From Gnetum montanum (taxonomy: Eukaryota > Plantae > Gnetophyta): a stretch of 64,000 nucleotides of DNA. The notes beneath the pieces are model-generated. The model did no database searches, was not told the origin of the DNA, and saw only the letters and a list, made by a program, of their open reading frames with translations. This document shows, piece after piece, positions 37,309 through 50,094 of the stretch (its first letter is position 1; each line of letters begins with the position of its first letter). The stretch lies in NCBI GenBank assembly GCA_015680685.1, contig MNCI01001539.1, forward strand, positions 6,917 through 70,916, given 5' to 3'. The position numbers and the translations under genes were made by a program.

Positions 37309-40300
37309 CTATTCTTCACTTGAAAGAAGTGACATCAGCAATGCATACATTGTTCCAAACATAAAGATCCATAATGGATATCGAGGGACTTCAAACATCT
37401 AAAAGTCCATCCGATACTTGTAGCTAAGAAGGTCCAATAGCTAAGGTATTTTAACCATAAAGCAAAAAGGTTGAACTCATCTTACTATTCAATAGAGGCT
37501 TAGAGAAGTTCACATAAGCTAGGTTTAGGAAGAAGAGGTTTGCGCTTTTTATGTAACCTATACCAACCTTTCTACTTGAAGTAAAATATACTCAACATAT
37601 GAGCTAGTTCTCTATCTCTAGTTGTGAAATGCGTAAGTAGACTTGATCCTTATGTGATCAAGTGGAGGCTATTCATACATTAGAGGAACCACTCCTCATG
37701 CATATTGATACTCTTTCACTAGCATGTGTAGGGAACTTAGGGTGTAGCCTCATTGTGGCATCACCCAACTTCATAGCTAAAAGAGGAGACACATTGATTG
37801 CTTGCCTCTCAAAAGTGGTCCATCTTGAACCTACTTTAGTGTCCCCTAGCCTATTATACACCATGCTTTTTTTTGAATTACACTATGAGTCCCATCATCT
37901 AGGGGCTACCTTTGGCGATCTACCCATGTACATCGACAAGGAAAAATTAATATGATTTTTAATGAAAAAATTTCCAATGAATGTCTACTTTTTCTTGAGA
38001 GTTTGCAACTCTTCCTAGGTATCTTTCTTTGAGGATGTGCCCTATTAATGTAGAAGGAACTCAACCTTCTAGTCTAGAGTGCATCCCATAGTGTGCATGT
38101 TGATGATGGAGTGAATCCACCATCCTTTCATTTCTTCTATACTTGGAGGTTCCTTGGACCTAAGTATGGAGTGATCAGTCTCCTCGAGATTGAACTTTTT
38201 AATCATAGACACATGGAAGACTATGTGATACCTTACTAGATAAGTTCACAAATACAATTTGTAGGAAACTAGATTGACTTTAGCAATGATCTTAAAAGGT
38301 CCATCCTAATGTCTAAGAAATTTTTGACTAGCATCTTTCTTTGGCTTCATTTGCTTAATGTAATCCATCTTCAATAGTGTCCACTCTTTCACTGCAAACT
38401 CCAATGGCCTCCTCATAGTATTTAACTACTTTTTCATTTGTTGAATGGACTTTTACAAGTACAATCTAGTAAATTGAATATGGTTCATCCAAGACTTAAC
38501 AAATTTATTGTCCAAAGGATTGAAACCTTAATGGGAAATTTCCACTACCTAAAGAATGGATGGTTGTCTTCCCAATGCAAACTTTCCTAGAGAGAATACT
38601 ATGCCTAATGATTTCTAGATCTTGTAATTAAATTAAACCATAGGTAGCAAGAACATCTAATTGATTTGATCAATCCAAATGAAATGTTATAGATATTCTT
38701 CAAGAACTCAATTAACTTGCTCTGTCCACCTATTTATCTAAAGATGGTATCCTAAATACTTTTGTAGCTTTGTCTCTAATATCAAAAATAACTTTCATAA
38801 ACAATCTCATATGAATTAGGAGTTAGGACTAGAGATGATGCTTAACAATAATCCAAAGTAGCATACAATGATATCAAAAAATAAGGATGTTGCATCTTTG
38901 ACCATGTAAGTAGTAGAGCACAAGATAAAGATGTCATACTTAGAAAACTTATCCACAACTATAAGGATGCTAGAATATCCTTATATTGTTAGAAGTCCTA
39001 TAATTAAGTTCATGGAGATGATCACCCATAGAAATTTTGAAATCTCAAAAGGGAAAAGTAGGCCCCCTAATTTTTCATATGAACTCTTGTCTTGTTGACA
39101 CATCAAATAGGTCTACATAAAGTTGGCCATGTTAATTCCCAGATTTAACCAATAGAATTAGCACTCCACCAATGATGCCATATATTTGTGACTCGAATGA
39201 TCAACCCAAAGGATGCTATGACATTTGTCAATGATTTTGAAACATAACACATCCTAATTTGTGACATATATTTACATTTTTTGAACATGAGTAGGCCATC
39301 AACTACATTGAAATTGGAGTCATCACCATCTTGGACCAACTTCAATAACTCATGGACACATTGATCATGCTACAATCCATCTTTGATTTCTTACTATAGT
39401 TCATGATCAGCCATCACCTAAGAGCTATTAGGCTATCTCATAGCTTTCATTGAAGTCACCTGCGAATGTCTACTCAAAGCATCTATGACTACATTATCCT
39501 TGCTTGGCTAATAGATAAATTGAAGGTTGAACTCTTGTAACATATCCAACCATTGAGCTTCCTTTAGCTTTAACTTAAACTAATTGAGAAAATAGCTCTT
39601 GGCAGTATTATTAGTTTTCACTACTGTGGGACCACCAAGGAGATAGTATTATCATGTGTAAAGGTAATGCACAATGGTAAACATTTCCTTCTCATGCATA
39701 GGTTACAACTATTCAGTCTAATTTAATTTCTTTGATTCAAACATCACCAAATGATTACTCCAGCAATCATAGCATTTGAAGCATCTATGTGAACTTCAAA
39801 TGATCTTGAGAAATTAGGAAGAAATAATACAAGTTGAGTTATGAGCGTCATCTTCATCTTGTCAAATGCTTCTTGAAACTGGGAAGTTTAGTTCCAAAAA
39901 ATATCCTTCTTTTACAAATTTGTTAGTGGTATCATCACACTTGAGAATCCATGAATAAACTTTCTATAGTAATTATCCAAGTCTAGAAATTAGTGTAGCT
40001 AATATACATATTTTGGAATAGGCCAAGTGGCAATGGCCTTCACTTTCTTTGGATCTTGTTTTGCTTTGCCTCCACCAATGATTTGGCTAAGGAACTTCAA
40101 CTTTAGCTAAGAAAACTCATATTTTTCTTGCTTACATATAGTTTGTACTCTTTCAATTTGGAGAATTTCAAGTCCAAGTGCTAAAGATGTTCATTTATTG
40201 AAAAAGAGTAGAGTAGAATATCATCAAGGTATACTACCATAAAATTATCCAAGAACCAATAAAATACTTTGTTCATTAGAGTGTAGGATGTGGTAGGGGT

Positions 40301-40472
40301 GTTGCAAAAACTAAAGGGCATGACCATCCACTTATACAATTCATAATGAGTAACACACGCTATTTTCTCCTCATCCCTTTTTACAATCTAACCTTGATAA
40401 TAACCTTGATGGAGATCAATTTGAGAAAAAGCTCAAGCCCCTGCTAGTTAATTGAATAGATCTGAAACCAAT

Positions 40473-43400
40473 TGATGAGCAATGAGGTACCCCTATGCCC
40501 AATCATACAAATCATTAAGGTGTTTACATGTGATCTGGTCGAATTCCATGGACCTGTAGTTCTCCAATGCACTGGTTCCTCTAGAAAGTGAAATGGGTGT
40601 TAAGAACGTTTGTTTTCTTCCCAACTACACTTGTGAAGCTCAAGGATATGGTTTAAGTGTAATTTAGGTACATGATTTTTATCATTTTATGTTTTATAGC
40701 TTCAATCACCTACAACAAGAATGAAATGTATAGTAATTTAAGATCTAATTCATCTATTGCCTAGCTAGCCTAACACAAGTACCCATCCCACTTTCTTAAC
40801 ACATATAGTGCTACTAGGCTACTAAATGTTCAGCATTGTTGGGTTACCAAGCACTATATGTATGTTGGAAGTGGTCATGCTTGTGTTCATTAACAACTAA
40901 AAATTAATTACTTAATTTACATGCATTAAAGTAAAATGCATGAAAGTAAAGTGCATTAAAGAAAACATTAATCTATTCTTAGTGTTGCAAGGATTATCAA
41001 AAGAGTTTTTTTTATTACCATCACACTATTGTTCTTAGGTACATTGATGTTCAAACAAAGATCCGTACACACTCAGACTCCTATTGCAAGCACCTAGAAA
41101 ATATTTTAACTCTAGGAAAAAAAAACTACAAGAGCTTCCCTAATTTGACTAAAAAACTATATGAAAATCATAAGCCCAAGTGCTATATTTATAGGCTATT
41201 GTATATCCCACAACATTAAATATACAACATTGCATCATGGTCCTGATGTCAAGGCTCTAACATTGGATACCTAACATTGGAGCAAATGAAAATATGATTC
41301 ATCATACCCCCACAACTGAATGAAAACTTGTCCTTGAGTATAGAAGAGAAGGAACATGTTCCTTAAAAAATATTGGGAAGGTCTAGGATTATTAACTAAC
41401 ATACAAACTGACAAGATGGAACAAATAGAGTCTAAGTGCCCAAGTGTATGAACTTACAATATTTACAAAATTTGGTGTTCATGATAAGAGAATTGAAGAC
41501 CTTAGATAAAACTAACATCCAACACATCTTGGTAGCTGAAGAGTGAGAGAGAAGATCCCACGATCATGAATGGTCCTTGTCGTGTGGTACTACCACATCA
41601 TCCTTGATGAAGATAGTCCTGCTTCCAGTCCATGCTTCCCACTAAAATCACAAAAAAATCATGAATTAGTATGTAATTTGTAACACATAGCTATTAAATG
41701 TCTTATCTTATCGGTGGTTACACTTAGCTAGGTTGTGATTGTGATAGATTGATTCCTTTAGTAGTGTTAGCGAGAAGGCTAACAAATAGGGTAAGATAGA
41801 TAAGTGGTTCATTCAATTTGAAAAAGTTCAACACAAGAAAATATTTGAAAAGTGTGTAAGAATTCACAACAATAAAAAGGAAAGTTTGCTGAAAAATGTT
41901 GTGAATATGTGTACAATTGGGTGTCATTGATGAGGTAAACAAAAACATTTGATTGTAAGAGTGTCTAAGGGTAAAGAACTTAACTAACCCAACCAAAAGA
42001 TATGCAAATGGATCCTTCCCAAAGTAGGCATAGGCCTTTTATGCCCTTACATAACTTCAAAACAAAGAGTCCATGGGCTCCATGGATGATTAATGGTTAT
42101 AATAGGTTAGGTACAAAAACCCAAAAGAAACTACCTAAGAATTCTGACACATCAAACTAGGACGTTGAACAAGAACATGAAACTAGTAGTTAAGTGAGAC
42201 ATGGAAAGCATAGATGGATGAGAGAGAGTGGAATAGAGTTACTGATTAAGGTCACATAAAGTCCCTTATAAATTTTATGGTTAAATGACTTGATAGTGTC
42301 CATCATTAGTCCAGACAAAAACCAACCACATTCAGTGACTTCACATTGCCATTCTAAGGCTAGTCCATCTCTGTGAGACATAAGAGTGCTCCCATAGAAT
42401 AACCACCATTCATTATGAAATAAGAATGGAGAATTAGGAAGTGAGGAAGGGCCTTAGTTATAGGGGACCTTTAGGCATGGATAACATGTCTTTCTAGTCC
42501 CATAACTAGTGCTTGTAGCCTATTTATTGTGTTTAAGGGATGTGCTTTGAATTTTCATTTTTCTGTTGTTTTTCTTTTGAAATGGTAACCACACCATGCA
42601 AAGACACATGTGTTTATTTTGTCTAAGATATGTGCTTTGAGTTCCCATATTTTTTTTCTTTTTTCTTTTTTTGATGAGAACCACACCATGCAAAGACTTA
42701 TTCAACTTCCTTTTATTTGTCAACATGGAATGGTATGAAATTCATGAAACATACATGTGCCTAGGCAAATAGAGAGGAACCAAGAATACTAAATATCCTT
42801 GAAGTCACAACCTATTCAAACCTTTGAATCCTTACCAATTTTAGAAACTACTAAAGTCAAAAGTTCGTTAAAGTTTCATTAATGAAAAAGGAATTGCACA
42901 TTTCCAAAACAAGGAAAACCATAGAGTTTGTGGATGGATGGATGTTATGGCTCACTACCTATTGCATGCAAAAGAATCATGTCCTAATCACTTGTAACAA
43001 AATTCAAAGCCAAAATCCAAACACCAACAATCAAATAACAAAATAGTACATACCACCATCAAACAATGCATTACCACTATACCTGGCACTTATTAACAAA
43101 AAGTTAGAAAATCACATCAAAAGAAAATAAAAGAAAAAATAAAAGAAACTAAAAAATATTTTAAGAAATAGCAAGTGTACTAACAATGCTATAAGACAAA
43201 AATTAGAAAAGATTAATAACATGAAAATAAGAAGATGTAAAACAAAGAATGTGTAAAATAAAAAGTTGTAAAATAAAAAATGTGTAAAACAAAAAGGTGA
43301 AAAACTAAGGAGCCACTTATATGGTTAGCATGGGTGGCCATCTCCCCCATGACTAAGTTGGAAGGAGGAGATTTGAAATATGGAGCGTGGTTGTCCATTC

Positions 43401-46400
43401 GATGAGGTGTTTGTTGTATTAGCTGGTGTATGCTTGTGGAAAGGTTTGATTTGTTAGATGTTGACTAGCTATTTCTTGTTTGGACTTTCAAGTTTGTAGA
43501 TCATCATTTCCCTAGAAGAGAAAGTTTCATAAATGATGTAAGGTCTTTCCCACATCATTTGGAACTTAGTTCATTGAGGTATGTGTGTGGGGATTCTAGT
43601 AGAGAACCTTATCTCCTGGTTGAAATTTAACTTTTTTAATTTTAAGATCATGAAACTTTTTGTTGTAGGCCTTGTGCAACTCATTAGATAATAGGGCTAC
43701 CAATTGGTTTCCATCTAGCAGGTTGAGATTCATTAGTTCTTTTTTTTTTTGTGCTAGACTCAAGTCAAGGTAGAGGTCACAAGTTGTTGAAAGTGTACGG
43801 AGCCCATATTGAATAAGAAGTGTTACTAGCTTTCTATAGACAAGCTCATAGTTAAAATAGCCTATAGGAAGTTTCCATGTTGAGTGGTAGGTACAAAGGG
43901 TATCGTTGACTTTTGTGCTCTAGTATTTTTTAGAGTGGGTAATATTTCTTATTAAAATCCTTGTGATTTCCCTATTGGTAACCTTAGCTTGACCATTGGC
44001 TTAGGGGTGGTAGGGTGTTGTGAGTTTATGTTCAACCGCTAAGTCTTGCATATGCTTCTAAAAAGTAGTGCTTGTAAAGTGAGTTCCATTATTAGAAATT
44101 AATGCACATGGCACACCAAACCTGTTTACAACATTTTGTTGTAAAAATCAAGTAGCAATAGAAGATGTACAATTGATGATGGCTACTACTTCTACCCATT
44201 TCATACAACAATCAATAGCAACTATGATGTACACATTTTCATTTGACATGGGCATGATGGGACCTATGAAGTTAATGCCCTAGATGTCAAAGGATTCCAG
44301 TGGTTAAATCCATTATTGAGGTACATCCATTCAAGTAGTTATTCCACCACCTCGTTGGCATCATTCACAAGAGCAGACATAATGATGAGCATCCCTAAAG
44401 AATATTGGCCAATAGTACCCTACCATTAGGACTTTAATGGCTATTCATATCCTAGCATAGTTTCCTCCACAAGGACCTTCATGAACATATTGGAGAAGGT
44501 GTAGTTGATCGGCATCAAGGACACACCAATGAACCAAGCCATCGATGCACACCTTGTGGAGGTGTCCATTGATCTCTATAAGGTGTTTTACCTAGTGAAG
44601 AAATGATTGTTTCTTATAGTGGTCTAACACTTGTGGCATCTCTTGGGTGAGAAGATAGGTGAGAATGCCATCATACCATTTAGGCTCATTAGGCAATTAT
44701 TTAGTTATAGTCCAAGCAAAGAGGACTTTATCAGGAAACATATCAGATAGTGGGTTTTCTTTCTCTTTGTTGTCCCATTGTAATCAAGATAAGTGATCAA
44801 TGACCACATTCTCAGTTCCCTTTCAATCGACCATCATAAGATTGAATTCTTGTAAGATCACTAGCCATCATATGACACGGGGGCTTATTGTTAACTTGTT
44901 CATTAGAAAGTGGATGGCATTATGGTCCATGTGCACAAACACCTTGTATGCAAGAACATAATGCCTGAACTTCTCTAGAGCAAACACCACTACCGTCAAT
45001 TCTTTTTCTATAGTGATATAGTTCAATTGTGCATTCACAATGCTTCAACTAGCATAGTGGATGTAGTATGGATGTTTCTTGTCATCCATCTACGTAAGCA
45101 CAGCTCCCAAGGCATAATTTAATGCATCCATTATGACATGAAATTGTCTAGACCAGTCAATTGCTTGTAGGATTGGGGTTTCTAAAAGTTTCTCTTTTAG
45201 TTGTTGGAATACTTTCTCAAATTGTATGGTCTAGAAAAATGGTGATAATTATTAGGGAGAGTTGGTAACAAGTGGAATAACCATATAGAAAACTGTAGTA
45301 GCAATGCCCAGATATTATGTCTAACACCTGATCAACAAATGGCAATGAAAAATGATCCTTAAATGTTTCCATATTCAGCAGCTAAAAATCAATGTAGACC
45401 TACCACTTTCCATCTTTCTTTGGCATAATCATGAGTGGACTAATCCACTCACTATCTGCAATGAGATAATTGAACCCTGCCTTGAGGAGTTATTCAATTT
45501 CCTATTTGACGATATGCTTAAGTTTGGGGTTCAATTGCCTCTGTGGTTGTCTCTTTGGCTTCATGATTGGATCAATGTATATGTGATGCTATCATATCCT
45601 AAAATCAATTCCTATGAGTTCAAGCTATGACCAAGTTGTTAACCATTTTTTAACCACATTCAACAACATCCTTTTTTTCTTTGGAGAAAGATTTGCATTG
45701 ATTATGACTGGCTTCCCATTTTTTAACAACACATATTTCGTGCTAGCCAATAGCATTTTTAGTTCAAGGGCCTCTTACTTAAGATTTTTAGGAATTTCCA
45801 ACTCTCCCCAATAATTATCACCATTTGCATCATCAAAGAATTGGTGATGAACTTACTCTAGTTCATCCATGCCTATAACATATCCACATGTTAGGCTCTT
45901 AGTCGGTTCTATGCAAAGTGTGTTGCTCTTAGAATTAGTGGTCAACCACTGGATGCCCTCTTGTTTTGTGGCTATTGTGTATAGACACCTTTAAATTTCT
46001 AATTTTACTACACACTACTTACATCCAAAGATAGATGCTTGTTTCACAGCCTAGAGTTTCCACACACAATTACACCCTGTATTAGTGTATGTGATGCATG
46101 GAACACACTTCTTGTTGATCTTTCCAAATGCATTTTCTTTAGATATTTTTAAGGAAATATTTCTAATTTCCATTCTTGCATCAATGGTGCTAAGCCATGC
46201 CCTTCCCATGATGATTGGGAAATCTCCTTTGTAGTTCTCCACTTTGATCACTAGGGAATTGGTAGGATAAGACCACTTATAGACAGTGGTCACAATGTCT
46301 TCTACCAATCCTAATGGAACAATGATGTATTGGTCTATCAATTCTAATCTAATATTACTCTTCTTTAAAGGCTGTAAGTTCCATGTAGTATACATCTCAT

Positions 46401-49400
46401 GAGAGATCACGTTGACACCAGAACCTAAGTCAAGAAGATTTTTGCATGTTTAATTCCCAACGATCTACAAATAAATCAGAGGACTTCCTAGGAAGGTTTC
46501 TAGCATGGATCCAATTAGATACGACATGAGTAAGCATAATAGTATAAATCCTAGGAAATGTTTGGTTTGGATGGGACTCAAAGGTATTTAAGAAAAAGGA
46601 AGATAAAGGAACATGGCTATCAACCACAAACATATTTAAGGGCTTAGGTTGGCTACATGGTCAAAAGAAAGATCTTTTCTTTGATCAAGTATCTGAAACA
46701 CTCGGTTGATTAACTAATTGTAGGTTAATGAACCTAGTAGCATTGCATTGTTATGGTTGAGCTGGTAGTTCACCCTACATAGATGAAGCAGGTGGTAGTT
46801 GTGCGGCTAGAGGAGGAAGATGTGCAGGAATAGGAGAAGGATAAGGATAAGAGATGGTGTTCCTCCTTGCATGTGGAGAATGTGTTTAGTAATTATCAAG
46901 AGGGTAGTAGTAATATTGAAAAGTAGAAACATGACTAGAGGAGTCACATGGAGACAATGGTTGTTGAACATAATACACATATGGATTAGGTTACCTGTAA
47001 GGGTATTGTTGCCTTGGTGGTGCCAGCGCCCATGACTGTGGTTTCTGCCATAGTTGATACTACTCATATGGTTGCAATGGAGTTTCACTTGGATAATATT
47101 GCTGTTGCTAGTAAAACTACCTAAAATTACCTTAAGGATAAGGTAATCTTCTAGATGTTTGCCTTTGTGTTAGTCATGGATTCAAAGCATACACCTCAAA
47201 CTCCTATAAGTATGAAACTATAAAGCAACATCCCTAATGATGTACATATTGGTAGATGTCACATCCACCACCATCATCTAGTTCACTTCCTACAACTTCT
47301 TCTATTACAACAATCTTGCCCAAACCTTTTTGATAGGCATGTTCAACTTCCTTACACCTCTTTCACTCATGGTCACTACCTTGTTCTTTTGACTCTTTAG
47401 CAATTTTTAGGATAGCTTGAAATCTACTATCCATGGAGTCCCATAATTGATCAACCTTAGTCATAATTTTAGAATGAAATTTTTTGAGTGGCAAGGTTTT
47501 CCTATTCACCACCTCATCAAGTGTATATTCTTCCTCACTATCATAGAATCAAACCTCCCTCTTTTAAATTGAAGGATTATGGTTATACTCTTCTACACTT
47601 TCTCTTTTTCTTAATTTGCCTTCCTCCTTAGCTACTTGCTCGATTAGTCTCTATATCTAATGGGTGCTTAATTTTGATGGTTGTCCTTGGGCATAGACAC
47701 CAAGGGTTCTCCTTGTTTTTGATCAAAGCCTGTATACAATGTGGCAAAGTTGATCTAGTTGAGAATAACCATGGCTAGGACATTTATGCATTAAGGAGTA
47801 GAATTAGTTGATGGTAGCATCCAAGTGTTCATGTGTTTCCTATTTTCATCCTTGTATTTGCCTTCTCATGTTACACACTCTGGAGTATGTTTGATATTCA
47901 TCATTAGATAATTCAAGCATGGTACTCTAGTGTTTGATAGATTCTAGCTCTAAGGACTGATACTAGTTCTCTACTTCTTTAATGAGTGTCCTTAGGAATA
48001 AATTTAGTTTTTTCCACTCATTCTCTATGTTCTAAAAGACACATGCATTTTGAAAAGCTTGATGATGGTTCTATAGATCAAAGTTATATCCTCATTTGAA
48101 CCAAGGAATATTGTTCATGCCTAACCTTTTGATTTGACTATCCTTCACATGCCTTGTTGGAATTTGTACTACCTTTGCAATATTAAGCATACTTCAAGTA
48201 GCAAGAAAAGGCTCATCAAGGCCTTGATCATGGTGCCTATAATGCCCTCTAATACCCCTTCATTTATGATGATGTGCATCTCTTGAATGTCCATGCCCTT
48301 GTTCTTACCTTTCCTGATGATCATTTTGGTCATTTTGGTCCTGTTGGTGGTCATTTTGGTTACCTCCATCATAGTCTCACCTCCTGTAGTTATAATCAAA
48401 GCCAAAATAAGAAGAATAAGATAATAATGAAGATGAAGAGGAAGGAGGACTAGCATCATTATGGTACTTGCTACCATCTCATTAGCAATCACAACCATGA
48501 TCATAATCTTATTTCTTGTCTACATCCTTACCTTGACTTACCTCTTTGGATCCTTCTTTGTCATTGGATTCATTCTTACTAGAACTAGGACTGTGAATTG
48601 TGGAATACAAGTTTTGGTTTTAACCTTTGTCACCAAAATCAAATAGAGGAATTTCACTAAATGAAAAACCCCCAGAGAAGGATTTCCCATCATTGTTTTG
48701 GTGCAGCAGAAATGGGTAATCATTAAATCCTTTTCCCTTCACAAATTCATGGTGTTGTTCTAACTGGTGATCTTGGAGACATTGTGCCTTAGTGTGATGA
48801 TAATCCGTAGCATCACTATCTTGCACAACATACTCAACATGACATTCCTAGAGATTCCATTGTATAAGCATTTGTTGGAGCATTGTAGGAATGAATCAGT
48901 CGGGTGGAAACACAATGTTACCCTCCATATCATGCCACCATAGCTATTCATCCTAATGTAGGATAAAGGTAAAATTGCATACATACTTATTAGGATGAGG
49001 ATATACCATTTGATATTGTTGAGGCACTGACTGATGAGCTCCATCAAACTTGGGTGAAGAAGTACTCCTATGGGAAGAAGACATTTTTAATTAGATAATA
49101 AAAAATGCAGTGTGCTTTTAAATTTTTGTTATAGTAATTATAAAATATGATATGACTCTAAGGTTCATTCTAATGATTTTGAATGATTTCCACTAAATCT
49201 TAAATAGTGCACAAAACAACCAAAAGATCCTCAATGACAGTGCCAATGATGACTGACAAGGTGCCCCTACACCCAACCATATGAATCAATAATGTGTTTA
49301 TGCATGATGTGGCTAAATTCCATGGACCTATAGTTCTCTAGTGTACTAGTTCCTCTACAAATTGAGCTAGGCATTGAGAACGTTCATTTTCTTCCCAAAT

Positions 49401-50094
49401 ACACTTGTGAAGCTCAAGGATATGGTTTGAGTGTAATTGAGATACATGATTTTTATCATTTTATGTTTTAAAACTTTAATCACCTACAACAAGAATGAAA
49501 GGTATAGTAATTTAAGACCTAATTCATTTATTGCCTAGCTAGCCTAACATAAGTACCCATATCACTTTCTTGAACACATATAGCATTGTTGGGCTACCAA
49601 ATGTTAAGCATTGCTAGGTTACCAAGTACTATATGTATGCTGGAAGTGGTCATTCTTGTGTTCATTAATAATTAGAAATTAATTACTTAATTTAAGTGCA
49701 TTAAAGTAAAATTCGTAAAATTAAAGTACATTAAAGAAAACATTAATCTATTCTCAGTGCTGCAAGGATTGTCGAAAGAGTTCATTTTTATTCCCATCAT
49801 AGTGTTGCACTCAAATAGATCAATGTTCAAACAAAGATCCATACACACTCAAACTCCTACTGCAGGCACTTAAAAAATATTCTAGCTTTGGGAAAAACAA
49901 AATACGAGAGCTTCACTACTTTGATTCAAAAACTATATAAAAATCATGAGCCCAAGTTCTATATTTATAGGCTAGCTTGTACCCTAGAACATTAGATATC
50001 CAACATCGTATCTTGGCCTTGACGTCGGATACTCGATGTCAAGGCTTTAACATCAGATACTTGCAATTGAAGTAGATGAAAACATGATTCATCA
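40473..50094 (-). mobile_element. Athila-like Ty3/gypsy element G, both LTRs present, RT core deleted
   Basis: LTRs 40473-41304 and 49247-50094, TSD CCAAT (40468-72 / 50095-99), decayed tRNA-Asp PBS, PPT GTTGTGGGGGTA. Gag about 47200-49080, protease about 46050-46450. RT N-terminus DSEWISPLMIMPKKDGKW..KDHFSLPFVDQVL, RNase H DWSRQFHVIMDA, integrase HEGPCGG..GYYWPIFFRDA..C..C. Confidence 0.92.

Noticed and set aside
41724-41996. Hydrophobic 90-aa sense ORF as an Athila env-like protein
   Set aside because: Short, hydrophobicity is explained by T-rich sequence, and no matching ORF appears in the homologous region of element B.
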